Positions 40,101 through 52,100 of a stretch of DNA of 64,000 bases are shown piece by piece. This DNA comes from Bugula neritina. Lineage: Eukaryota > Animalia > Bryozoa. The stretch's first letter is position 1; each line of letters opens with the position of its first letter. The stretch lies in the NCBI GenBank assembly GCA_964035545.1, contig OZ037768.1, positions 12,184,741-12,248,740 of the forward strand. The letters run 5' to 3'. The notes beneath the pieces are model-generated. The model saw nothing but the letters and a program-made list of their open reading frames with translations, was not told the DNA's origin and did no database searches. The position numbers and the translations under genes were made by a program.

Positions 40101-43100
40101 TGGTATTTGAATATCTTGATTTTCATTTATTTTACAATATTCAAGGAAAAGCATCCAGACATAATTGCTCCTTTGCCACATGTGAATAAGTCCTTCTAGG
40201 ATTCTCACAGCGATAGCTACTGTAAAATAAACTAGTTAAAACAGCAGATTTAATCTTCTGCATTTTGCATTGAATACTATAGTATTAGTGAACCATCTTT
40301 AATTATAAAAAAGCTGTGAGAACAGTTGTAACTAAAATTAGCATAAGTGAGTGACTGGCATATTTTTATTTTTAAAAATGCAATCTGTTTTAAATTAATG
40401 TAGGATAGAGCAATTTTTGAGACTGCAAAATATATAATAGTATCTTTATCTGTTGGCTGTTGTATGTGCTTAAATAACACTAAAATTTAGTAAATTTTGT
40501 AGTTGTAAAGATGGCAGAAATGAAGCTCACATATTTTAATGGCCGTGGCAGAGCTGAGTTAACTCGCCTGCTTTTCACCCAAGCTAAAAGGTCCTTTACT
40601 GATTGCCGAGTTGAGGGAGAGGAATGGACCAAATTGAAACCTTGTAAGAACTGTACTGTAATTATAACAAATAATAAGAGCAAAATATAAATGACTGACA
40701 AAGTTGATTTAGTATGCATCTAAAATTATTATGTAACAATTTATTGGTCAGCTCCTGCTAAATTATACCAGTAAATTCTGCTATTCATTTTTTTCAAGTA
40801 TGTAGGTGATATCTATTGCACTCTTATTGGTTAACTTACCATCTGCTGGCTGTCTTACTTTGTACTGGCCAGCAACGTGGATGGCAGGAAAATGGAGAGA
40901 TATGAATGGATAGCTAGGAGTTTTAGCTAGTAGTGCTAACCCCAAACTAGAGCTTACTTTATATTGCTAACCAAGTTGTAGATGTGAGGATTCAAAGCCT
41001 GCTAGTAGCACGTTATTTCAACTTCTTATTTTAAGATCACAATTTGGATAAAAGACTCGTGCATTTTAAAAGTATCTTTATTTTGTAGCAACTCCTAAAG
41101 GCCAGTTACCAATCTTAGAAGTTGATGGAAAAGTCCTGTGTGAAAGCATGGCAATTGCTAGATTTGTTGCTAAGGAACTAGGTATGTGTTGGTGTACACT
41201 TTGGTGAGGCAGCCTCTAGAGTCTAGACAGCAGCTGTTTAGCTTACATAATAGGAATATTGTTGGTTATTTCTCATTATTAGCCTTTCAATGCAGTACTG
41301 CTACCCATTCGCAACTAGTTTCCAACAGCCAACCTTGATAACAAATTAAAGAGGCTAAGAATTTACTTTTAAATAGGTTCAGATGTTGTCTTATCTGTTT
41401 TGATTGGACATCATTATAAACTCAACATGTTTTTAGGTCTTTTTGGTTCAAGCAATCTTGAAGCTGCTGTCTGTGACATGATGATTGAGTCTGTTAATGA
41501 CATACTTCTCATTTGTGTTGATCGCATGTTTAAAGCCAAGACTGAGGAAGAGAAGGTAAAGCTGGTTATGATTATCAGTTAGTACATACTGACATTGACT
41601 GAGCGTGTAGACATTAGTAGCTTTTTATTGAATTTATTATTCTTATAATGTTGTATAATCTTTTTGAGTTGAATTCTACTTAGTTTATTAAATTAATTTT
41701 TTGTGCCAACATTATTTTCCTAACTATAATTTAAGTTGTTCAGCGCAATTTATTTTTCTGTTATTTTATACACTGTTTAGACTTTAGATGAATATAACAC
41801 AGGCACTGAATAATTAATATTCCAGTGTCTATGTTGCAACTTATGATCAGTAATTTTTTTAATTCGTTTGATGGTTTTAGTGCTACATGTTTATTTATAA
41901 GTATCTAGTCGGAATGAAAGTTTTGCAGCAAATTTATTACAAGAGGCACATTAATATATTTATTAAAAAATTCAGGTTTTTGGACATACACTAGCATGAT
42001 TATATTCAAGCTAACTCTGTGAGACTGAGATTTTACCCTGAATATGATAGTTTTATCTTGTGAAAAAGCTTGGTATATCAATATTTCGATATGAAAAGGT
42101 TGGGACTAAATTAGTATGTCTAGTAGTACACCAACTTTATCTGCAAACAATGTGTGCATCAACTCTATCTGCAGATAATGTGTGCATCAATTCTATCTGC
42201 AGATAGGGTGTGCATCAACTCTATCTGCAGATAATGTGTTCTCCAACTCTATCTGCAAACAGGGTGTACATCAACTCTATCTGCAAACAATATGTGCATC
42301 AACTCTATCTGCAGACAGGGTGTACATCAACTCTATCTGCAAACAGGGTGTGCTTTAACTTCAAACTATTTTTGTTTTTGTTGAATATGAATAACTGAGT
42401 TTTTAGCTGTGTTTGTTGCTTCTTACTATGAGATTTATACTACTGAAATAGTAATTTGCATTATTCTGGTGAAAGTTCTGATGGATTTAGTGACTCTTGG
42501 ACTCCTTATCTCAGATAAATCTGTTAACATGACTCCTTAATCTCTACAAAAATTAATAAACGAAACAAAAAAATTATGGTAACTGGTTTGTGATCCATAT
42601 TTCGCAGGAGAAAAACTTGATCTGAATAGGTCCAGATATTTTGATCAAACTGCTTTTTTTTGCCCAATGATTAAATCTGATTGCAGACTTTATGTTTGTA
42701 GGCTGCATGTGATGAAAAACTTGCTAAAGGACTTGAATGTTTTGAAAAATTTGTTGCTGCTGAAAAGAAAGGAAAATTTGTACTCGGTGATCAGGTTTGT
42801 AGTTTGTAATAGTAGTTGCACTGTTATATTTGTGTAGCTTTGAAATATATTCGTGCATAGAATTCATTAAATTGCTAAATTTCTATGCATATAATGTCTG
42901 CCTAATTTTTTTATAAATTTTGTTTCTTATTTTGTTTTCTTATAAACATGGTTATATACATTTCTTTTGGAACTATTTTTTGTTTAGTGCAAAGCTTACT
43001 GTAGTTATTGCTGTGGTGAAATGTTGGGTTTGTAGGTGTGACTAAACTTCTCAGAGAGCTCTTGCCTAGAAACAAAAGTGATGGTCTTAATGTGATTTTA

Positions 43101-46100
43101 TTCATTGATCTGTACAAAACAGAGCTTATTTTTTACAAAAACCTTTCAAAAAACTGTTTTATATAGGTAAAAATCAATTAGCAGTTTTAGAACCTTTTGT
43201 GAGCAAAAAATGACTTGCCAGTTTACTAATATGCAAAGGCCATGAATATAAATGTAGGCCTATATACACTGCATCACAGTGGCTATACTGAGTAATCTCA
43301 ATACTACAAGCTTGTTCAAGCTAATCATTGTTAACTGTAGTATTCACCTTTATTCTTACATATTCTGTTCGTAGGTTTCCATTGCTGATGTAGCAATATT
43401 TGTTGGCGAAGAATTTGTGTCCAAGTCTCTGCCTCATTTTAAATTGGACTACCCTGCAATAAATTCAGTATCCAAAGAGTTTTCATCGCAGTCCCATATT
43501 GATGAGTACTTGAAGGCAAGGCCAGAGTCTTTGTTTTAAATAAATGATTTTGCCCTAGTCTTTCTAACTTGCATATTTTCAGAGATACTACTAATTGTAC
43601 TTGTAGTAAGTCAGTTATGTTCAGTTTGTTTAAAATTTGAATACCAACTATTGCATTGCTGTTTTTTGAAGTTATTTTACTTGGATTAACAATAAAAATA
43701 TAGATATGATCAAAGAGGTTTGTTGATTATTTTGACTTCATTTGCACTAATTTGTACATTTCCATTAATTATACGGATGCGAGTAGCCCTCCATTCATCT
43801 CAATTAATAACTTGTTGGGTGTATAGAAATAGTTGAGCATTATTAAAGGTTTAGATTCTGAGGGAGTTTACAATCATTTAAATTCGACACGGCCAAGCTA
43901 CTTCAGGGAGCCCTCAGTCCCTATCTTAATGGAGCTCACTAACTTTTTGATGTTAATGGATTCGAGCAGCTTTTCTATATGAAGGCCTCCTCATCTGGCT
44001 ATAGATATAGTCATACCTTTCCTTTTAAGGCAACGTTTCCTGTGACTGCCTAATCCAGAATGATGCTGGAGTATCCTCTCCAAGTTATCCCTTGAATAAA
44101 AATTCCTTGGGTGGGTGTATGTAGGTACGCCATAAATAATAGAATAGCTTATCAGCTCTTTTTGATATTTTGAATGTTTGTCAATAAAAGGTCGTAGTAA
44201 ATATGGGGTTAGTAACTGATAGGATATAAAGCACATTTAATATGTCTAGTGCTACTCAAAATTATCAATTATCTTCAACATAATGTAGACCAACTTGCAA
44301 ACAATATTTTTAATAACCTCGTTGCCGAATAAAAATTTTTACTGTGCTTCAAATGCTGTGTACAATAAGGAATGACGGCATCCTTTATGTTACTCACAGT
44401 ATGAACCAAAAACCTGCAGCAGCTCCTCAATTTGTAAAGCTTCTACTAGGTAAGTATTATGATTAGCCTATATAATCTATTAGCATTTCAGATGAAATAT
44501 TTAAATGCCCTAGGGCCTAGAGTATAAAGATTTAATTGATAAGTTTAATTTTTACATACCATTTAGCAATGTAAAGTTTAAAATTTCAATAGGAACATAT
44601 CTCTGGTTCAGTGTTTTTGCAGGCGTATTTTTAAACATTTTCAACAAATGTCATTCACTTGTGGCTACATGTTTTATCAATTTTTTTGTACTTTACAGTT
44701 TTCCAGCATGACTAATTATAAAGTGATATACTTCAATGGCCGAGGGAGAGCTAAAATCATTTGTCTTACTCTAACTCAAGCAAGTTTTCCGATACTCACC
44801 TACCGGGTGAAGAATAGACCGAAGTAAAACCTTGTAGGTTTTTTAAATATAATAATATATTACAGTGCCTCACGGTGCATTCAGGTCTTTATAATTGAGA
44901 ATATTTCCTTTCATATTTTCAATTAGAATTAACTGAGTCAATAAAAACAACAATTTGAATTTAGTTTTATCTAGAAAGACGTATTTGGCTTGTAAGTTGG
45001 CAGTAAAAAGCTCTGACAATGGCTCTTGTTCAATAAATACTTGCACTATATTTGTTATTAAATCACGTTTGGGAATGCTGACATATAGCAAGCACGTAAA
45101 TGGCGCATAGACACACAGGTTTAGCAATAAGTTTAAGAGTTGAGTAATGGTGGAAATAAGATGTAGATGCTTATAATTATCTTCAAGTATGATATTTCAA
45201 CATTGACCCTAGAATTTAGATGTAATCACGATTGAGTTAGATAGTTGAAAGTGACTGATTGTACATATAATAGTTACTTGAGTGTGTCTGTTAACAACCG
45301 GTTCACTCTGTGATGTTGTATTTCCTGTGCTTATCTGTTGCCATTGAAGTATATTACTAACTACTGAATGTTTTGCTGGCACCCCCTGAACATGCAATGT
45401 GGTTGTTTGAGGATAAACTTCTGTGATTGGAATAATTCATTCAGATTATCAGATCAGTAACACTTAGTATGCTGGTTGTTACTACTATCAATGCTATTAC
45501 ACACTTGACTGGCTGCAGCTGTAGATGATTAACACTCAGAGGCAGCTAGGGTATAGTAAGAGAAGTTAATGCACCTTGGCCTTGCAGAACCCTAGAGTTT
45601 CTATACAAACATTTTTCTTTTCAAAAGGGTTTGTGTAGTTTTTCCTAAACATTGCAGGATATTCATTTTAGTATATTGTATCCATATCCTCTTTAAATCA
45701 GAGTGAAAACTGAAATTTAATAAATTGTAAAAGCTGCATAAATTTGCCATTCCCTAAGCAGAAGTTAGGTGCTACTTGCTATATCCACTAGCATGTTTTC
45801 TTTCAGCTTTACTCAGGCAACTTGTTTTTATGTCATTGGCCATTTTGACCAATAAGAATGCAGTTCTTCTCAAGTGGGGCAGCCTCTACTTAGTGTGTTT
45901 ATTGAAAAGAATTGAATATTATTTTCTTTCTAGAAATATTTGTAAGAAAAGAAGAAATAGCAGTGTTTTTTGATAAGACAATTACTCACATAAGTGTTGT
46001 TGGCATATGCACTACAAGCGTGGAAGATTCTCATCAGGCTGTAGCTGCCAGACCACAGCAAAAGTATCACCAAATGAAACACAATATTCCCTTCACAAAT

Positions 46101-49100
46101 AGCAAGTAGCAAACTTTGCCTGGGAGTTGGCCTTCCTTTAGATATGTTTTAAAAATGCCTATATCAATTAATCTTCCACAAATATAATCAATTTTTTCTA
46201 CTTAGCAAGAATTCGCCCCAGAAAAAACAGTCTATAATGTGATTTTGATACTATTTGTATAACATTTCAAAGTTTTGTCTAAAATAAACAAGATAACTTA
46301 AAATTGGAAAGCTCATTTTGGATCGATCTCAGCGAGATCGATCCAAAATGAGCTTTCCAATTTTAAGTTTTAAGTCTCGCTGAGATCGATCCATGGAGAG
46401 ACGTCAAAGATCGATCTCCATCGATCTGAGCTGGTCGGTCTGTAGAGATCGAACTCAGATCAATCTCAAGGCAATAAGACCATGGAAAGACGAAAGATCT
46501 GAGAAGTAGAAAAAGACTGTTAGCTAAAATGTCATCTGCTAATAAAAATGATAACTTATTGTTAATTACTAAGCAAATTACTTATTAATTACGATAGCCA
46601 CATTTTCAGATGCTAAAACTTTAACTTTCAGTACTATGATTAAGAAAACTCAATTATATAAAACTATAGACGGTAGAAGGTACAAAAAATGGAAGCGTTT
46701 AAATTGACTAATTTAAATGGCTGTTAAAACTTACTTTCATTAGCTATTTGCTGCGTAATTTCAAGCCTAACAATCCTGTAAGTTTATGAATAATCTGCAA
46801 GACAGCTATTAATTTTATATAAGCTGTCAAACTAAAAAATTTAAATTGATTATCGTAAATTGGCTAATTTACTTCACGCTAAAAGATTTGCTGCGTATAG
46901 TTTATAGCTGGCGTTAATTTTTAGACTGCAACAATCTTGTTTTTTGACGGCAGTAGCTTTAATCAGTCAGATGGGTGAGCAAATTATACTATTGAAGTAT
47001 CTTTCACTTAAGAGGAGGTAACTCCGTGTGATCGATCTGACACTCTCATGGAAAAACAATCGATCTGAGCACCTTTCTCAGATTGATCCATGGAAAGCCC
47101 GTGATTGTTGACGAGAACCGTTAATGGCAATGTTGTTAAGTTAAGAGTGTCAACAAGCAAAATTGTCCTTATAATTCCAGAGATGCAAAAGCTTAGGTTT
47201 GTGTATTTAAAACAATATTTTCTCTATAAACCATTTATTGAAAGTTTGTATCACAACAGCACATTGAGGAGTAGTTGAAGGCAAGGCCTAAGATTGCATT
47301 TTAAATAGTTGATCTTGTCCTAGTCTTTCTAACTTTCGTATTTTCAGAGATACATACTAGTTATACTTACAAAAGTCAGCCATGCTCAGTTTACTTAAAA
47401 GTAGTTGCTTTACATAGCTGTTTTTTTAATTTTTTTGGATTACCAATGCAATAAAAATACGGGTATGATTAAAATTGCTTGTTGATTATTTTGATTTCAT
47501 TTGCACCATGTTTTCATTGTTTGAATGACCTGTTTTCATTAATTATAAGAGTGTATTTAGCCCTCCCATTTCTCTCAATTAATGCCGGCCAAGGTTTTAT
47601 TCCAACAAAACTGTTCCATTAATGTATTAGACAATAGACACGGTGGTCGAAATATAGTGTTGAGTGTAGAGACATAGTTATTAGATATTTACACTGCCAA
47701 ACTACTTGAAGAAGCCCCTCGCTCCCTACCGAGAGTAAGCCCGGTAAATTATTTCTTGAGAAATCATTTCTTTGCTGTTTAAACTGCTGCTGTCTCAATG
47801 AATTAGCTCAAGTAGCTTTTCTAGATGAAGGTCTCCTCATCTGTCTATAAATATAGCCATACCTTTCCCTTTAAATCAAAGTTTCCTGTGGCTGTGAATG
47901 CCTAATCTAGGGTCAGGTTATCCTTTTAGTAAAACTTTACTAGAGTGGGTGTAAGTAAGCACCCCATTGATAATAAGATAATTGGACTTATCAGCCCCTT
48001 TTGATATGAATGTTTGCCAATAAAAGGCTGTAGTAAGTTAGCAGCTGATAAGGTATAAAGCACATTTAGTAGAACTATTGTTACTCAAAACTATTGATTA
48101 TCATCAACATAATGAAGGCTAGCTTGCAAACAATATTTTTTCTCAATGCTGATTTGCTGAACAGAAATTTTCATTGTGCACAAAAAGCGTTGATTGCATC
48201 CTTTATGTTACTCGGAGTCTAAACCTAAACCCTGCAACATCTACTAGCAATTCACCAGGTAAGTGTTATGTTTAGCTTATATAACTTACCAGCATCCCAA
48301 ATGACATATAAGAATTTAATATATTATCAGTTTTTCAAATTTAAGTCTCAAGTACTAATAAGTAATGCAAAGGTTTAAAGCTTCAATAATAACTTGCCTT
48401 GTGTTTAGTGATTTTGAGGGTTTTTTATGCAGACATGTTTTCAAGCATGCATATACACTAAATTTCAGCTCAGATACAGTTTCATTTTTTATGACTACAA
48501 ATGTTTATCAGTACTTTTTACTTTACAGTTTTTCAGCATGAGTAATTATAAAGTGATATACTTCAATGGCCGAGGGAGAGCTGAGATCATTCGTCTTACT
48601 CTAACTCAAGCAAAACAAAGTTTTTCTGATACTCGTGTCCAAGGTGAAGAATGGACCAAACTGAAACCTTGTAGGTTTTTTAAATATAATATTGTATCAC
48701 ATGATGCATCCAAGTCTTCTTTATAATTGAGAATATTTCCTCCCATATTTTTTCTCTTCTAGCTACTCCAAAAGGACAACTACCAGTGCTCGAGATTGAT
48801 GGAAAAATGATTTGTGAGAGCATGGCCATAACTCGACATTTGGGTAGAGAGTTAGGTAAGATTTATTCCAAACCATAAAATATTAATTTCTAGTAGCCTT
48901 TTCTCTTAGTGAAATTTATTTAGCTTCCATTTCATTTTGTGTACTCACTCATTGGCTGTACTTTTCTGTTGATCAAAAGGTAATACTAAATGCTTCTCAA
49001 AATTATGCATGATATGAATTTTGTTAGTAATAGGCTTTGGTTAATTTTAAGCTTCATTGTTTTTACACTACTCGTATATGAATCATCACCGGTATATGGC

Positions 49101-52100
49101 TCTGAGCTCTCATAGGTTTTTTAAGTAATATTGTTGGAAGTTGTTTTTGATTTACATGGGAAGAAACATTTAAATTCTAAAACATTCAAAACTATTTTGA
49201 ATGCTTGCTAAAAATTTGTATTAGGTCAAAAAAACCCAGTGCAAATTCTATGCTAATTCAAAAGTTTTCTGTGCATTCTATAGCTTTCATCTAATTGATT
49301 TTGATAAAACTAATTTGCTTTTATGGGCATGACACATAAATAGAGTATAAGGTATAAATTCATTTGTAGGTCTCTATGGGAAAACCAACTTAGAAGCTAC
49401 AACTTGCGATATGGTACTGGAAAGTGTAACCGAAATTATCAATGCATGTGTTACTCGAAAATTTAGAGCTAAAACAGAAGAAGAAATTGTATGTATTAGT
49501 TTATTTCATTCTGTTGTTTAAGTTTTTTAACAGCAAATTTAGACTGAGTTTATTGATTTTTCTATACATTTTTTATAGATCCCAATTATTTTGTGTTTTC
49601 AAAATTAAGGTGGAAAATTGGCGATAAAACTATCTTATTTTCTACTTTTTTACATTAGTCATACAGTTATTCATACTAATGTAGTGTGTATTGCACAGTG
49701 CCACAATATTGTTACCCATCTTTATAAATGCATTGTAGGCTGCAGCTGATGAAAAGATTAATCTTGCTCTTCAGCGTTGTGAGACGTTTTTAGCTCGTAT
49801 AAAACAAGGAAAATATGTGCTTGGCGACCAGGTTTGTATAAGTATTTTATTTTTTTCATATTTGTATCATCATTAAAATGATGTTGCTATGTTTGAAGCT
49901 ACATCTGTGAAAGTCTTGTTAGTTTTCAGGAGCAAGTTACAGTATATAATTGACGCATATATAGTGTTCATGTTGGATATTTTATGTTTTAGGCTTCGAT
50001 TGCTGACATTGCTATATTTGATGTCTGTGATATGGCGAGATGGTCAATGAAATTTATAAATATGGATGCATATACTGTTATGAATGAGATTTCGAACACC
50101 TTTTCTAGCCAGGAGCATATTAAAGCATATGTTTCAGCTCGGCCAGAAACTACTTTTTAAAATTTAATCAACTTCAACCTTATTATCTTGGCTTTTATGC
50201 TCTTTTTGAACACACTTTGTAGAGCATGCTGGAACATAGTAAAGTATCATCTGTGGAGTCATTGCACAATTTCTATTCCTTCCTCTATTTGTGATATAGT
50301 GGTTTACTTACCACATCACTTAATTTAGGTTATCACATTTTTTTTTCAATTTTTTACCAACTATTTAGTTTTATATACTAAAGTCAATAAACAAAATATT
50401 AACAGCTGCATTTCTCACTGATAAAACTCTTCACAGTACATTGAAACGTTTATTTTTCCTAAAAAGTCCACTTTTGAACTGCTTCGCTAGCGTTCATGAA
50501 TAATCACCCATACTATCAGTAGACAAAAAGCATTAATTGCTGCAACATGCATCTTTTGTTAACTAAAACTGCAATTGAAAGAGAGTGGCTTGAAAATGAG
50601 CATTGTAATGCCACATTGTGTGCTCTCTTTCAAAGATTATAATTGCTACTTTTGTGACCTACACTCGTTTATAATAGTCCAATACCAATGAGAAACAAGC
50701 GTAATGCTGGCAATCGACTTTCACTCGGCCCCTGTCCCCTTGCTTCTAAATATGATAATTATAGTGTTTTTCTTGGCATTGCTCTAATATGATTTTAACC
50801 ATAGACCTAGAGTTAGTGAATTGAGGTAGTTAACAGGGTAAATTTGAGCAAGCTGGTCACGAAGCCATGCCTGCTCTAATTGATTACTTTCTTGACTTGG
50901 TCAAGTTTAATTGCAGTCAGTTCAGTCAAAAGTTATCTTCACTATACTTTTTCTGTGCATTATTTTGCTTTGCATTCTTTTGCCCATCCCCCCCTAGACA
51001 CACTTTGCCATATCGTAGGCTGTGATGTAAAATGGCAGCCATTTTAATGTGTCCGGCTGAAGTTCTCAAAGTCCGCTATTGGGTACGATCTATGATAACT
51101 CAATGGACATTAATATCCAATGAGTTGCTTCGAACATCTTCCTGTCCAATAGGAGCTCAATGCAACTTTTTTTATTCAAGCAGTGCTCGGACATTTGTAA
51201 AAATGGCTGACATTTTACGTTGTGGCCTACGGTGCGGCAAAGTGTGTCTAGGGGGATAAAGTTCTCCTCTTGCTTAGCTGTGTTATATTGGTTATGTGTT
51301 ATCTAAGATGTCATTCTATTATTTGTCAAAAGCAAGTTTTCACATTTCTAGATGCATTTGTATGCAATAATTATTCAAATCAGTGTTAATTATGTAAAAT
51401 TTTATGATGTATGATGCATATAAGTTTATTATTTTGTTAATGTAAGTGAAGCCCACACTAAAAATGGACTTCTATATGCTTTAGTTGCTTATATTTGTTT
51501 AATGTCCATAGAAAGCTGTTACATTTCATTCAGTTTAAATGCTAAAATTGTTTACCACCCAAGTTAGCCCAACATTGTGAGTAAGTGTGCATTCTTAGTC
51601 AAACTGATTTTTCTTTAATAAAATGTTAGTGTAGAATTAACAATTATGTAATAAGTAATACATGATTATTAATAGTTGATGATAAAACTAAGTGCAACTA
51701 ATGTGACTACAGTCTGAAAAACTACTCTCTCTTTACCTAAACCTCAAACAGATAACAATGATCAACATGCTACAGTAACAAAGTTTGGCTAAGTCAACAG
51801 AGTCATGGTACTCATATGACTCTGTTGTGTCCAACTCAATGATATTTTTCGTCTTAAAATTGGCTTTGCATTGAATCCTAGTAGTTTAGTTTCTAGTAGA
51901 GAAACTATTGTTTCAGAAGTTTTCTGTACTTGAACAGCTCAGCTGTTCTGCTAAAACCTTTTATCTAAAACCTTAGTCACAAAATCAGCTTTATAAGAAA
52001 AAATATACACCAAGTGGTAGATGATTATAGTGTTGAGATTTGTGCTCATAAAGCTGCTGAAAAGGCCTATAATGTAGAAGCACCAACAAGCGCTACTATA

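Noticed and set aside
44954-48750. Duplicated block as an uncollapsed-haplotype assembly artefact
   Set aside because: The copies are substantially diverged, with copy-specific disabling mutations and insertions. Read-level confirmation is still advisable.
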